Numbered from the stretch's first letter, positions 29,203-39,905 are shown. The stretch is 64,000 nucleotides of DNA from Candidatus Levyibacteriota bacterium (GCA_009695045.1 SIBS01000001.1:42942-106941), one strand, 5' to 3'. Made by a program: numbers and translations. The notes: generated by a model not told the origin, from the sequence alone.

Positions 29203-29270
29203 AATACAATAAGTGGCATGTACTCACCCTGTAGTTACATGCCAATAAATAAACTTGTGGAACTATTATC

Positions 29271-30200
29271 TTATATAGACAATGATATCCCTTTTTCTCG
29301 AAGTTTTTCTTCAATAATAGAAAGGGATTTGCCACCCATGTTTCTCATGGACATTAAATCTTTCTTTGGAGTTTCCAATAACTGACCTAGTGTTTCAATC
29401 CCGCCATTTCTCAAGCTATTATAAATTCTTGTTGGCATATCTAATTCATCTATTGTCAAGCGGAGTATTGCATCTGAAATAGAGGATGTAGATGCTATAC
29501 CCTCAAATGATACAGTTTCAGTCATTTTTGGATCAGTTATATGTAAAAAATAATTTCCTAACAGCTTAGATGCATCATCAACAGCATCTCTAGCAGAAAT
29601 AGTCCCATTTGTCCAAATATGTAATACTAATTTATCAAGATTTGTCTGTCGACCAACTCTAGTAGATTCAACTTCATAATTAACTCGTCTAATAGGACTA
29701 AATATAGCATCTGTTGAAATTACGCCCAGGGTAGATATTTTTTTATCCTCACTTAATGTATAACCATATCCTTTTTCTATTGTAAATTCTATTTCTAGTT
29801 TTCCTTTTTTATCAGAAACAAAACAAATATACTGAGATGGATCAACTATCTCAACGCCATCAACTACATCTATGGCTCCTGCCGTAACTTCTTTTGGACC
29901 TTTTACCGATAATTTAATAATAGCAGAGTCTTTAGCTGTAGACATTTTTATATTTAATTGCTTTATATTTAATAAGATATCCACAACATTTTCTTTTACA
30001 CCATCTATTGTTGAAAATTTATGCTTTATTCCATTTATTTTTACTGAAGTAACTGCCGCGCCAGGAATTGATGAAAGTAATACTCTTCGCAATGCATTTC
30101 CAATAGTATGTCCAAAACCGGGATCTAGAGGTTCAATGGAAAACTTTCCATAATTTTCTGATATTTCTTCTTCTTTAAATTTGAAATTTGGATCCTTCAT
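29271..30200 (-). CDS. rpoA: DNA-directed RNA polymerase subunit alpha
   Basis: 309 aa with ...EPLDPGFGHTIGNALRRVLLSSIPGAAVTSVKI... and a C-terminal CTD. Confidence 0.9.
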   Translation of the reverse strand: MKDPNFKFKEEEISENYGKFSIEPLDPGFGHTIGNALRRVLLSSIPGAAVTSVKINGIKHKFSTIDGVKENVVDILLNIKQLNIKMSTAKDSAIIKLSVKGPKEVTAGAIDVVDGVEIVDPSQYICFVSDKKGKLEIEFTIEKGYGYTLSEDKKISTLGVISTDAIFSPIRRVNYEVESTRVGRQTNLDKLVLHIWTNGTISARDAVDDASKLLGNYFLHITDPKMTETVSFEGIASTSSISDAILRLTIDELDMPTRIYNSLRNGGIETLGQLLETPKKDLMSMRNMGGKSLSIIEEKLREKGISLSI

Positions 30201-30223
30201 AAAATCTGTTTTATATTATAACA

Positions 30224-30820
30224 CTATCTTGAATAGTATTCAATGATTAATTGCGTATCAAACGGAACTTGCACGTCTTCACGTTTTGGAAGCCTAGAAA
30301 GCTTTCCAGATGACCTATCTCTTTCCAAGAATGATAAAACATTAATTTCTTCAATTGGCAATTCTATTAATTTTTGATGCATTTTTTCAGTTAGAGAAAT
30401 TACGTCATCTTTTTTTACTCTATATGAAGGGATATTTATTTTCTTACCATTTACCATTACGTGATTATGTGACACAAATTGTCTTGCTTGATAACGTGTT
30501 TTCGCAAAACCAAGCCTATACACAATATTGTCTAATCGAGTTTCTAAACGAGATACGAGTAGTTCTCCCGTATCACCTTTTTGTTTCTGCAAATCTTTCA
30601 TTATATTCTTAAACTGCTTCTCCATAATTCCATATGTAGACTTTGCTTTTTGTTTTTCTTTTAACTGTAAGCCATATTCTGATAATTGTCTTTTCCTTTT
30701 TGCACCATGTACGCCCGGTAAAACATTTAATCGCCTTTGTAAAGAAGCTGATGTTTTATCTAAAATATTTACACCATATCTACGCGCTAATTTATGTTTT
30801 GATTTTGTGTATCGTGCCAT
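30224..30820 (-). CDS. rpsD: 30S ribosomal protein S4 (start at MARYT, AAGGAG SD upstream)
   Basis: MARYTKSKHKLARRYGVNI...; the ORF-track start is 13 codons further upstream. Confidence 0.85.
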   Translation of the reverse strand: MARYTKSKHKLARRYGVNILDKTSASLQRRLNVLPGVHGAKRKRQLSEYGLQLKEKQKAKSTYGIMEKQFKNIMKDLQKQKGDTGELLVSRLETRLDNIVYRLGFAKTRYQARQFVSHNHVMVNGKKINIPSYRVKKDDVISLTEKMHQKLIELPIEEINVLSFLERDRSSGKLSRLPKREDVQVPFDTQLIIEYYSR

Positions 30821-30824
30821 AAAA

Positions 30825-31229
30825 CTATATTCTCCTTTTCTTTTTTGCTTTTGGACCATTATGTGGTAATGGTGTTATATCTGCAATAAGAGAAATAGAA
30901 AGCCCAGAGCTTTTTATTGCCCTAAGAGCTGAATCACGTCCAGACCCTGGACCCTTAACAAATACCTCAACAGTTTTTACACCAGCAGTAATTACTTTCT
31001 TTGCAACATCTTCAACTGCTAAAGTAGCTGCATATGGAGTGGATTTACGTGCTCCTTTAAATCCTCTTGCACCTGATGAACTCCAAGCAATTGCATCTCC
31101 TTTATCATTAGTAAAAGTTACTAATGTATTATTAAATGTTGATGTTATATAGGCTTTTCCATTTGCCGAAATGGTTAATGTTGATTTTTTCTTTGCTTGT
31201 GTCTTTTTTGTATCTTTTTTTTCTGCCAT
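30825..31229 (-). CDS. rpsK: 30S ribosomal protein S11
   Basis: ...AYITSTFNNTLVTFTNDKGDAIAWSSSGARGFKGARKSTPYAA.... Confidence 0.9.
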   Translation of the reverse strand: MAEKKDTKKTQAKKKSTLTISANGKAYITSTFNNTLVTFTNDKGDAIAWSSSGARGFKGARKSTPYAATLAVEDVAKKVITAGVKTVEVFVKGPGSGRDSALRAIKSSGLSISLIADITPLPHNGPKAKKKRRI

Positions 31230-31248
31230 ATATTTATATAATTATTTA

Positions 31249-31659
31249 TTATTTTTTTGCTGCTGCTGATTTATTTGCGTCCATTTTAGCTACTACTTCC
31301 TTTTTTATAGCTCCAATTGTGACTCTTTTACCTCTTTTGGTTCGCGCATTAGATCTTGTTCTTTGTCCACGGACAGGCAATCCTCGAGAATGACGAATAC
31401 CCCTATATGAAGTTATCTCTTTTAAACGTTTAATATTTGTATTTATTTCTGCTCGCAAATCGCCTTCTATTTTATATGTTTCAAGTGCTTTTTGAATTCT
31501 TTTTTGATCATCCTCAGTCAATAACTTAGTTCTTATAGAAGCATCTATGTTTGCTTTTTTAAGAATATCTAAAACATTTTTTCTTCCTATACCATACAGG
31601 TATGAAAGTGAAATATCTATTCTTTTTTCATCTGGAATATTAGTTCCTGAAATACGCAT
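31249..31659 (-). CDS. rpsM: 30S ribosomal protein S13
   Basis: MRISGTNIPDEKRIDISLSYLYGIGR.... Confidence 0.9.
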   Translation of the reverse strand: MRISGTNIPDEKRIDISLSYLYGIGRKNVLDILKKANIDASIRTKLLTEDDQKRIQKALETYKIEGDLRAEINTNIKRLKEITSYRGIRHSRGLPVRGQRTRSNARTKRGKRVTIGAIKKEVVAKMDANKSAAAKK

Positions 31660-31662
31660 ATA

Positions 31663-31776
31663 TTATCCTTGTCGTTGTTTGTGTCGTGGATTTTCACACA
31701 CGACGCGCACAACGCCTTTCCGCTTTATCAATTTACATTTCATGCATCTTGGTTTAACACTTGCTTGTACTTTCAT
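31663..31776 (-). CDS. rpmJ: 50S ribosomal protein L36 (37 aa; absent from ORF track)
   Basis: Minus-strand translation [37 protein letters not shown] has the zinc-ribbon L36 signature. Its ATG overlaps the infA TGA (ATGA). Confidence 0.85.
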   Translation of the reverse strand: MKVQASVKPRCMKCKLIKRKGVVRVVCENPRHKQRQG

Positions 31777-31991
31777 CGGTGTCTATACGTAATCCTTCCT
31801 TTTTCTTGATCATATGGCGTCATTTCTATACGAACTTTATCTCCAGGAAGTATTTTTATAAAATGCATCCTCATTTTCCCGGAAAGATGACAAAGAACAA
31901 TTTTTCCATCCCCAATATCTACTCTAAACAATGTGTTAGGAAGTGATTCTTTAACAACTCCATCTATTTCAATAGATCCTTGATGTGCCAT
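31773..31991 (-). CDS. infA: translation initiation factor IF-1 (start at MAHQGS)
   Basis: [72 protein letters not shown] is 72 aa with an S1-like fold. The longer ORF-track start is a GTG. Confidence 0.85.
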   Translation of the reverse strand: MAHQGSIEIDGVVKESLPNTLFRVDIGDGKIVLCHLSGKMRMHFIKILPGDKVRIEMTPYDQEKGRITYRHR

Positions 31992-32091
31992 ATTTCTACG
32001 TTTACAACTTTTAAAAATCTTCCACGAAAAAACTTCATCCGTTGTCACAGTATTAAATTATTATAGCAAATAAATTAATAAAGAGCAAATA

Positions 32092-32871
32092 TTATTTAGT
32101 TAATATTATTGGTCCATTTTCCCCTACTAAAACACTTCGCTCAAATAATCCAGAAATGCTTTTATCTTTAGTAGAAATAGACCAGCCATCTTTATTTTTA
32201 TAGATAACATCTTTTTTCCCCATATTGTATATTACTTCGATAGCAATAGTTATTCCGGGAATTAAATTTGGAGTATCTGAAATTTTACCAATAAGAAAAC
32301 CTGGCACCTCTGGCTCCTCATGCAATTCTCTTCCAACTCCATGACCAATAAGAGTACGTACTATAGAATAATTACCTTCTTTCTCAACAATATCTTGTAT
32401 TGATTTAGATATGTTTCCGATTTTATTTCCTGATTTTGCTACTGCAATACCTGCCTCAAGAGCTTTTTTTCCATTTTTAAGGAAAATATCTATATCTTGA
32501 TCTCTTTTTGATATGGGACTTAAATATTTAGATTTGACTCGTCGAGTTTCAGCCATATCAGTATGAAAACCTTCATAGTATACGCCACAATCAATCCCAA
32601 CAACGTCACCTTCTTTAAAAATATAATTTGTAGGAATACCGTGAACAACAACGTCATTAGTAGAGACACATATTGTGTGACTATATCCATCTACTTTCTT
32701 AAATCCTGATTCTCCGCCTTTTTCACGAATTAATCTTTCCGCTAAGGCATCTATCTCTAACTCTGATACCCCTGGGATAACATTGTCCATCACCGCAAGC
32801 AAAACTTCAGCGAGTATTTTACCACCATGCATCATTATTTTTATCTCTTTATCAGTTTTTATATTTATCAT
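32092..32871 (-). CDS. map: methionine aminopeptidase type I
   Basis: ...VVHGIPTNYIFKEGDVVGIDCGVYYEGFHTDMAETR...GHGVGRELHEEP.... Confidence 0.9.
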   Translation of the reverse strand: MINIKTDKEIKIMMHGGKILAEVLLAVMDNVIPGVSELEIDALAERLIREKGGESGFKKVDGYSHTICVSTNDVVVHGIPTNYIFKEGDVVGIDCGVYYEGFHTDMAETRRVKSKYLSPISKRDQDIDIFLKNGKKALEAGIAVAKSGNKIGNISKSIQDIVEKEGNYSIVRTLIGHGVGRELHEEPEVPGFLIGKISDTPNLIPGITIAIEVIYNMGKKDVIYKNKDGWSISTKDKSISGLFERSVLVGENGPIILTK

Positions 32872-33419
32872 TATATATCTAATTCTTTGAAAATCTTTTT
32901 CTGAATATTATCAATCCCATCATCACCATTTAATTCTACTAATAATCTTTTTTCTTTATAATATTCAATTACTGGAATCCTGTCCTTATCCTGTTCAACT
33001 CGTCGCCTCATAATAATCCCTAGATTATCATCAGCACGCCCTCTATTTATTATTCTATTTCTCATTACATCTTCCGAAATCGATAATAAAAAAACCTTAT
33101 CTATTTTAATACTTTTTTTCTTCAAATAATCATTTAAAGTTTTCAGATCTTCTCCTGTTGCTGGAAAATTATCAATAATATATCCACTATTAACATTATC
33201 TAATTTTTCTTTAAGAAATTTAAATTTTAACCTAATTGGTATATGTTTTCCTTTCATGCTATATTTATTAAATCCCTCAACTGCATCGATATCTCCCGAT
33301 TTATATGCGTCACGGATTAATTTCCCCATTGAGAAAACAGGTATACCAAGCTTATTAGCTAATAAATTAGCCTGAGTATCTTTACCAGCAAATGGGGGGC
33401 CTGTAAAAATTATATTCAT
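32871..33419 (-). CDS. adenylate-kinase-like NMP kinase paralog (divergent; DNFPA in place of DGFPR)
   Basis: Start at MNIIFTGPPFAGKDTQ (P-loop); ...GYIIDNFPATGEDL...; lid-like ...NRGRADDN.... Confidence 0.55.
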   Translation of the reverse strand: MNIIFTGPPFAGKDTQANLLANKLGIPVFSMGKLIRDAYKSGDIDAVEGFNKYSMKGKHIPIRLKFKFLKEKLDNVNSGYIIDNFPATGEDLKTLNDYLKKKSIKIDKVFLLSISEDVMRNRIINRGRADDNLGIIMRRRVEQDKDRIPVIEYYKEKRLLVELNGDDGIDNIQKKIFKELDI

Positions 33420-33535
33420 TATTGTTAATTCTTTAAAAATTCTTGCAAACTCTTCTAATAGACTTCTTGTTACCAAATAAACCAATTATTTCTATAATTA
33501 ATATTATATTTTCACTACTGAAGAATTATAGAAGA

Positions 33536-34096
33536 TTATTTTTTAATTTTCGATAAAATTTCTTTATGAATTTCTTTTACTTCTTGCTCTCCGTTAATTT
33601 CTATTAAAGTTTCTTTTTTTCTATAATACTGAAGAACTGGCTCTGTGACCCTATGAAACAACTCAATGCGTTTTTTAATAGCAGGTAGTGTCTCATCAGT
33701 ACGATCATCACTATCCCTATAAGAAAGCCTCCACAATGCTTCTTTATCTGATACTTTAAGATAAATTACATGACCAATACCATTTTCAAATTTTCTTACC
33801 TGATTTAATGTGCGAGGAAAACCATCTAAGATATATCCAGCCTTATATTCTGGACGCTGTAAATATTCTGTAACAATTGACAGTGTTTTTTTATCTGAAA
33901 TTAATAATCCTGCATTCATAGTTTCTTTTAAATATCTCCCAAGTGGCGTATGTTCTTTTGCTAACTCGCGAAAAATATGACCAGTTGATAGATACGGAAT
34001 TTTTAACTTTTTTAAAAGCAAATTTCCTTGAGTAGATTTTCCTGCACCTTGAATTCCGATAAGAATAATCTTCATAATATTATAAGAATCCTTCAT
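33536..34096 (-). CDS. adk: adenylate kinase
   Basis: [17 protein letters not shown]-loop; [14 protein letters not shown]; ...[10 protein letters not shown]... lid. Confidence 0.8.
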   Translation of the reverse strand: MKDSYNIMKIILIGIQGAGKSTQGNLLLKKLKIPYLSTGHIFRELAKEHTPLGRYLKETMNAGLLISDKKTLSIVTEYLQRPEYKAGYILDGFPRTLNQVRKFENGIGHVIYLKVSDKEALWRLSYRDSDDRTDETLPAIKKRIELFHRVTEPVLQYYRKKETLIEINGEQEVKEIHKEILSKIKK

Positions 34097-35363
34097 AATT
34101 CCTCATTACTAAATTTGCCTCTAATGCCTTTATTGTTTCAAGTACTACGCTTACAACTATTAAAACTCCTGTTCCCCCAAGTAGAAGAGTGTTAATACCC
34201 GTAATGGCTTTTGCAATATTTGGAAATATTGCAATTGTTCCTAGAAATAAAGCACCAGATATTGTTATTCTCGTTAATACATAATTTAAATATTTTGCCG
34301 TAGAAGTTCCTGGCCTAACACCTGGTATAAATCCACCATGCTGCTGCATTTCTTCTGAAATCTTTTTTGTATTAAATATAATTGCTGTATAGAAAAATGT
34401 AAAAGCCACAACGAGAGTAAAATATACTACATTATAGAAGATGCTGTCTGGATTAAATAAATTTGACATTCCCAATGCTATAGATTTTATCCATGGTTGT
34501 TTTAATTGCGATAAAAAATTTCCCAAAAGTGATGGAACTAATACCAACGATACTGCAAATATGATAGGTATTACTCCTGCTTGATTTAGACGCAATGGTA
34601 AATGAGTCGTATCTCCTCCTGTAGTTTTATTTCCTCGAACACGTCTTGCATAATGAACAGGAATTTGCCTTGTTGCTTCATTTATTAGAACTATAGATGC
34701 AATAACAAAAATGCCCATAACTAAGAAGCTGATCATGTTAAAAATATTGTCACTAGATATAGTTGTTGTTGTTTGACCAAAAACAATAGGAATTCTACCA
34801 ACGATACCAGAGAATATTAATAAAGATATTCCATTTCCTATGCCACGCGCTGTCACAAGCTCTCCTAACCAAACTAAAAACATTGTACCTGCTATCATGG
34901 TCGCAATAAATGAAGCTAACTGAATAGGAGTGAGACTGATAATTATTCCTTGATTTTTCAACAGTGCATACATGCCAATTGATTGCATGAGAGCAAGTGG
35001 TACAGTAAGTAATCTTGTATATTGATTTATTTTTTGTCTACCCTGTTCGCCCTCTTTAGAAAGCTCTTCTAGTTTTGGGAATAACATTGTAAGTAATTGA
35101 AGGATGATAGATGCATTGATGTATGGATTTAATCCAAGCGCCATAATAGAAAAATTCTCTAAAGTTCCGCCAGAAAATACATCAAGTAATCCTAGAAATT
35201 GATTTTTAGAAAAAAGGGCTTTAAGGCTTGCGACATTTACTCCTGCAACTGGAATATGGGCAAATAATCTAAATACAACAAATATTCCTATCGTAAATAG
35301 TATTTTTTTTCTTACTTCTTCAGTCCTAATGCTGTTTCTAAAGAGTGCGAGGACATCTCTCAT
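34080..35363 (-). CDS. secY: preprotein translocase subunit SecY
   Basis: 427 aa with 10 TM segments; ...[15 protein letters not shown]...[15 protein letters not shown].... Confidence 0.9.
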   Translation of the reverse strand: MRDVLALFRNSIRTEEVRKKILFTIGIFVVFRLFAHIPVAGVNVASLKALFSKNQFLGLLDVFSGGTLENFSIMALGLNPYINASIILQLLTMLFPKLEELSKEGEQGRQKINQYTRLLTVPLALMQSIGMYALLKNQGIIISLTPIQLASFIATMIAGTMFLVWLGELVTARGIGNGISLLIFSGIVGRIPIVFGQTTTTISSDNIFNMISFLVMGIFVIASIVLINEATRQIPVHYARRVRGNKTTGGDTTHLPLRLNQAGVIPIIFAVSLVLVPSLLGNFLSQLKQPWIKSIALGMSNLFNPDSIFYNVVYFTLVVAFTFFYTAIIFNTKKISEEMQQHGGFIPGVRPGTSTAKYLNYVLTRITISGALFLGTIAIFPNIAKAITGINTLLLGGTGVLIVVSVVLETIKALEANLVMRNYEGFL

Positions 35364-35366
35364 AGT

Positions 35367-35810
35367 TTAGGCTTTTTTAAAATTTCCACCAGCTAATTCT
35401 ATTTTCTTTATTGCACCCTTTGTTGCTTGTATTTTTATAGTGAGTGCTACACTAATATTACCATCTCCTAAAATTTTTACGCCATATATTTTTGCTTCTC
35501 TTGGATCTACTATTTTTTCCTTAACTAATGATTCTATATCTACAATATTTCCAGCTTTAAATACACTAAGTGAATTAATATTTATTGTAATAGGTTTCTT
35601 CTTAAATGATTTATTTCTATTTTTACCCCTCAAAAAAGGTAATTTTTTAATAAGCGGTAGGGCTCCACCTTCAAAAAAAATTGGAACTTTACCACGAGCT
35701 TTTCTACCCTTCGTTCCTCTTCCGCTTGTCTTAACTCTTCCTGATCCATGACCTTGACCAAGTCTTCTTTTCTTTTTTTCTATAATTGATGATAAATTAC
35801 TTAAATTCAT
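35367..35810 (-). CDS. rplO: 50S ribosomal protein L15
   Basis: ...RRLGQGHGSGRVKTSGRGTKGRKARG.... Confidence 0.85.
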   Translation of the reverse strand: MNLSNLSSIIEKKKRRLGQGHGSGRVKTSGRGTKGRKARGKVPIFFEGGALPLIKKLPFLRGKNRNKSFKKKPITININSLSVFKAGNIVDIESLVKEKIVDPREAKIYGVKILGDGNISVALTIKIQATKGAIKKIELAGGNFKKA

Positions 35811-36333
35811 TTTTTATTTTTTCCTTTATCTCACCTTGCCTTTTATAACGAGCAGCAAGAGTTCGAAGCGCCTCCATGGCTGCATATACATTTGAAGCTT
35901 TATTCTTACTACCAAGAACTTTTGAGGATATATTTTGTATTCCAGCAGCTGCTACGACACTACGAACAGCACCACCAGCAATAATACCGCTTCCAAGCGG
36001 AGCAGGTTTTAACATTACGCGAGCTGCCCCAAGCTTTATAAAAACTTGAAAAGGCAATGTACCCTTAATAATTGGGACTTCTATTAAATTCTTCTTGCCA
36101 ATAACAAGACCTTTTTTTATAGCAGAAGATACATCTGGTGCTTTTCCAAGCCCGACTCCAACTCTTCCTTTTTTATCACCAACAACAACGAGCGCAGAAA
36201 AACCAACTTTATTTCCACCTTTAGTTTTTTTGGAGACTCTATTTACTTGCACCACGTCTTCCGCAAATTCTCCTCTTTGTTTATCTTGAAATCTTGAATC
36301 CATATTAGAACTGTAAGCCTCCTTCTCTTGCAC
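35797..36333 (-). CDS. rpsE: 30S ribosomal protein S5
   Basis: ...VQVNRVSKKTKGGNKVGFSALVVVGDKKGRVGVGLGKA.... Confidence 0.9.
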   Translation of the reverse strand: MQEKEAYSSNMDSRFQDKQRGEFAEDVVQVNRVSKKTKGGNKVGFSALVVVGDKKGRVGVGLGKAPDVSSAIKKGLVIGKKNLIEVPIIKGTLPFQVFIKLGAARVMLKPAPLGSGIIAGGAVRSVVAAAGIQNISSKVLGSKNKASNVYAAMEALRTLAARYKRQGEIKEKIKNEFK

Positions 36334-36664
36334 CTTCCGCTACTGCTTTTACAATACCATGATAAGCATAACCTCTTCTATCAAAAACTACTTTTTTAAT
36401 TTTATTTTCAATTGCTTTTTTTGCAATAATAATTCCAAGTTGATTGCCCAATGTAATTCTTCTATTTGGACCCACAATAAGAGCTTTTAAATCAATACTT
36501 TTTTCACTTACTCCAAGAATTGTTATGCCTTTTTCATCATCAATTAATTGCGCATAGACATGTTTGCTTGATCGAAAAATACATAATCTTGGAGCAACTG
36601 AAGTACCATGCAACTTAGAACTAACTCTATTTTTCCTAAACATTAATTTCTTCTTCTTATTCAT
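36305..36664 (-). CDS. rplR: 50S ribosomal protein L18
   Basis: ...PRLCIFRSSKHVYAQLIDD...VFDRRGYAYHGIVKAVAEGAREGGLQF. Confidence 0.9.
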   Translation of the reverse strand: MNKKKKLMFRKNRVSSKLHGTSVAPRLCIFRSSKHVYAQLIDDEKGITILGVSEKSIDLKALIVGPNRRITLGNQLGIIIAKKAIENKIKKVVFDRRGYAYHGIVKAVAEGAREGGLQF

Positions 36665-37215
36665 TATTTTCCTCCAACAGCTTTTGCTGCTTTTCCCGCC
36701 TTTCTTCTAATTTTTTCTCCAACATAAGCAATGCCTTTTCCTTTATATGGCTCTGGTGGACGAATTGATCTAATTTTCGCTGCTACGTCTCCAACGATAC
36801 TTTTATCAATTCCAGAAATAGTAATTATATTATCCGTAACTGCAAAAGTTATCCCATGTAAAGCTTTTATTTTTACCGGATGAGAAAACCCAACTGAAAG
36901 AGAAAGATCAGTCGCAGATGCTTGAGCACGATATCCTACGCCAGTCAATTCTAATTTTTTCTCAAATCCTTTTGTTACACCATCAACCATATTCGAAATT
37001 ATTGCCCGAGATAAACCGAGCATAGCGCTCATACCGCTTGACACGGATTTATTATCTTGAGCTATTATCTTATTGTCAAGCTGATTGACAGAAATACCTA
37101 GTGGTAATCTAAAAAATAAAGACCCCTTTGGACCAGTTACCTTTACTTCTCTATCTTCTACGATAACTATAACTCCTTCTTTTAATTCAATTGGTAATTT
37201 ACCTATTCTTGACAT
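36664..37215 (-). CDS. rplF: 50S ribosomal protein L6
   Basis: MSRIGKLPIELKEGV...VKVTGPKG.... Confidence 0.9.
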   Translation of the reverse strand: MSRIGKLPIELKEGVIVIVEDREVKVTGPKGSLFFRLPLGISVNQLDNKIIAQDNKSVSSGMSAMLGLSRAIISNMVDGVTKGFEKKLELTGVGYRAQASATDLSLSVGFSHPVKIKALHGITFAVTDNIITISGIDKSIVGDVAAKIRSIRPPEPYKGKGIAYVGEKIRRKAGKAAKAVGGK

Positions 37216-37230
37216 ATATTTATAGTGGTA

Positions 37231-37626
37231 CTACCACACTTCAAAAAGCACTTCTCCTCCAACTCCTTGCTTTTTTGCATCCTTTCCCGTCATTACTCCT
37301 TTATTTGTTGATATTACAAGAGTACTCATATTACGACGTTCTTTCTGGGTAACACTTTTTGCTCTCGTATAAGATCTTAAAGATGGCTTTGAAACAATAA
37401 CTACATGAGATAATACGGGCAATCTTTTCTCATAGCGAATTGTCGCTAAAAGAATTTTTTTATTATCTTTTGTTTCTTCTCTTATATCTTCGAGAAAATT
37501 CTCTTTAACCAATACTCTACCCATAGCTTTATTTAGCTTTGAGTGAGAAAGGATTACTTTCTTTCTTTTTGCCATTGCAGCGTTTTTAATTCTAATTATA
37601 AAATCTGCTACTTTATCATTATTCAT
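37231..37626 (-). CDS. rpsH: 30S ribosomal protein S8
   Basis: ...DKVADFIIRIKNA....VLFEVW. Confidence 0.9.
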   Translation of the reverse strand: MNNDKVADFIIRIKNAAMAKRKKVILSHSKLNKAMGRVLVKENFLEDIREETKDNKKILLATIRYEKRLPVLSHVVIVSKPSLRSYTRAKSVTQKERRNMSTLVISTNKGVMTGKDAKKQGVGGEVLFEVW

Positions 37627-37633
37627 ATATTTA

Positions 37634-37819
37634 TTACCAAGTCGCCTTGAGTACTCCCGGCAACTCTCCTTTCAGCGCAAGCTCCCTAAAGCAGATACGA
37701 CATAGTCCGAATCGCCTCATATAGCTCCTTGCTCTTCCGCAAATATTACATCTATTTTTTGCCCTAACTAAATATTTTTGTTTTCTTTTAAATTTAACTA
37801 TGTCAGATGTTTTAGCCAT
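37634..37819 (-). CDS. rpsZ: 30S ribosomal protein S14, zinc-binding Z-type
   Basis: 61 aa with a [23 protein letters not shown] Cys4 cluster. Confidence 0.9.
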   Translation of the reverse strand: MAKTSDIVKFKRKQKYLVRAKNRCNICGRARSYMRRFGLCRICFRELALKGELPGVLKATW

Positions 37820-38363
37820 TAATTCCTTTCACGAAAGGCATCCCTAATTCTTCGAGCAAAGCTAATCCTTCTTTGTTATTTTTAGCTGTTGTAACGATAA
37901 TTACTTCTAGTCCATGTATTTTATCAACTCTGCCTGGATCTATTTCTGGAAAAACACTATGCTCGCTAAATCCTAAAGCATAATTTCCATTGCCATCAAA
38001 ACTCTCTCTTCTTATTCCTCGAAAATCTCTTAACCTAGGAAGTACAACGTTAATAAGTTTTTCCAAGAAATTATACATTCTTTTTCCTCGCATTGTAACC
38101 ATTAATCCAATTTGGTCACCTTCTCGTAATTTAAAACCAGCAATAGATTTTTTTGCCTTTGTTATTTTTGGCTTTTGTCCACTAATCTGTATCAATGCTG
38201 TTTTTGCACTTTCAATATTTTTTTTATCTAAAACGGCATTTTTTACTCCCATATTAATTATTATTTTTATAATTGATGGAACAGCCATTGGATTAACAAT
38301 GTCTAATTTTTTTTCAAGTATTCCTACTATCTCTTCCGTATATCTTTGTTTTAATAAATTCAT
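37812..38363 (-). CDS. rplE: 50S ribosomal protein L5
   Basis: ...[17 protein letters not shown]...[11 protein letters not shown].... Confidence 0.9.
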   Translation of the reverse strand: MNLLKQRYTEEIVGILEKKLDIVNPMAVPSIIKIIINMGVKNAVLDKKNIESAKTALIQISGQKPKITKAKKSIAGFKLREGDQIGLMVTMRGKRMYNFLEKLINVVLPRLRDFRGIRRESFDGNGNYALGFSEHSVFPEIDPGRVDKIHGLEVIIVTTAKNNKEGLALLEELGMPFVKGING

Positions 38364-38671
38364 ATTGTTTGCTTACATTTTTTACAAATTCTAACTTTTT
38401 TATCTTTTTCAATACTAAAACCTATTCTTGTTGGTAGATTACATTTTGGACAAATTATCTGTACATTTGAAACAGGTAATGGTTTTACTATTACAACAAT
38501 TTCCGATTTATCATTTTGTGTTTTTGCTTTCTTATGTTTTTTATATGTATTTATACCAGGTATAACAACCTTATTTAATTTCGGGAAAACTTGATCAATT
38601 TTCCCTAGCTTGCCCTTATCTTTTCCTCGAACAACCTTGATCTGATCACCTTTTTTTAATTTCATCTTCAT
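38360..38671 (-). CDS. rplX: 50S ribosomal protein L24 with C-terminal Cys4 (CPKC...CKKC) zinc-ribbon-like tail
   Basis: KOW motif [18 protein letters not shown]; C-terminal [31 protein letters not shown]. Confidence 0.85.
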   Translation of the reverse strand: MKMKLKKGDQIKVVRGKDKGKLGKIDQVFPKLNKVVIPGINTYKKHKKAKTQNDKSEIVVIVKPLPVSNVQIICPKCNLPTRIGFSIEKDKKVRICKKCKQTI

Positions 38672-39042
38672 ACTACCTCCACTGCCATGCTTGCTATTTT
38701 TGCAAATCCAGCATCTTTTACCTCTCGAGCAATTGGGCCAAACACTCGAGTTCCACGCGGATTTTTATCTTTAGCATTATCTATCACAACTCCTGCATTT
38801 TCTGAAAATCTAACATATGATCCATCTATTCTTTTATGTTCTTTTCTTGCTCTAACTAATATAACTTTTACAATCTCTCCTGTTTTTACTTGGCCTGTTG
38901 GAACAGCTTCTTTTACAACGCAATTTAAAATATCACCCAAAAATCCAAATTTTCTTTTTGATCCTCCAAATACATGAATTACCATTAATACTTTCGCTCC
39001 CGAATTATCTGCTGATCGTAAAATAGATCTATGCTGAATCAT
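38668..39042 (-). CDS. rplN: 50S ribosomal protein L14
   Basis: [17 protein letters not shown].... Confidence 0.9.
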   Translation of the reverse strand: MIQHRSILRSADNSGAKVLMVIHVFGGSKRKFGFLGDILNCVVKEAVPTGQVKTGEIVKVILVRARKEHKRIDGSYVRFSENAGVVIDNAKDKNPRGTRVFGPIAREVKDAGFAKIASMAVEVV

Positions 39043-39293
39043 GCTTTTTTTTCCTTTCTTACTTCAGATACGATTTCTATTATTTTAAAATGTTTATCTC
39101 TTGAAATGGGTCTTGTTTCTCCAATTTTTACCATATCACCAACGACTACAATATTTCCCGCTATATCAGTTTTATATTTTTTACTTCTTGCAATAAGTTT
39201 TTTATAAATAGGGTGTGGTGTTTTTCGATCAATTTTTACCACAACAGTATTTTGCATTCCCACTGATACAACTTTACCTACAAAAGTTTTCAT
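39039..39293 (-). CDS. rpsQ: 30S ribosomal protein S17
   Basis: ...[18 protein letters not shown]...HPIYKK.... Confidence 0.9.
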   Translation of the reverse strand: MKTFVGKVVSVGMQNTVVVKIDRKTPHPIYKKLIARSKKYKTDIAGNIVVVGDMVKIGETRPISRDKHFKIIEIVSEVRKEKKA

Positions 39294-39511
39294 TAAACTG
39301 TCTCCTTTTCTCTTATTTGTGTCATAATTTTAGCAATATCTTTACGCTTATTGAAAACTCCTCGCATGTTTTTCGTTTTATATTGTACCTTATCTAACCT
39401 CATTGTGAAAAGAATCTCTTTTGCATCTAGTAATAACTGTTTTAACTCAGTAATACTTTTTTCTTTTAAATCTTTTTTTTCTTTTGTTTTCATATTATGA
39501 ATTTTTTTCAA
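39293..39511 (-). CDS. rpmC: 50S ribosomal protein L29
   Basis: 72 aa with ...[18 protein letters not shown]... and the conserved gene order. Confidence 0.8.
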   Translation of the reverse strand: MKKIHNMKTKEKKDLKEKSITELKQLLLDAKEILFTMRLDKVQYKTKNMRGVFNKRKDIAKIMTQIREKETV

Positions 39512-39905
39512 TTATTTTTGTTTTGACTGGCAATTTATAGGCAGCTAGTCGTAATGCTGCTAAGGCAATCTCTCTTGATACCCCTCCCATTTCAAAAAGA
39601 ATACGGCCCGGTTTTACGGTTGCAACATATTCAAAAACATCTCCTTTGCCACTTCCCATACGTGTTTCTGCTGGCTTTTTAGTAATTGGTTTATCTGGAA
39701 AAACACGAATCCATAATCGACCACCTCTCTGAGTATAATGAGTGATAGACCGTCTTGCTGCCTCTATTTGTCGACTCGAAAGCCATCCTCTACCATGGGA
39801 CATTAAACCATATTCTCCAAAAGAAATCTCTGTTCCGCTTGTTGCATTTCCTTTTAGTTTGCCTCGCATCATTTTTCTATATTTTACTCTTCTTGGTGCC
39901 AACAT
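39495..39905 (-). CDS. rplP: 50S ribosomal protein L16
   Basis: [19 protein letters not shown].... Confidence 0.9.
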   Translation of the reverse strand: MLAPRRVKYRKMMRGKLKGNATSGTEISFGEYGLMSHGRGWLSSRQIEAARRSITHYTQRGGRLWIRVFPDKPITKKPAETRMGSGKGDVFEYVATVKPGRILFEMGGVSREIALAALRLAAYKLPVKTKIIEKNS

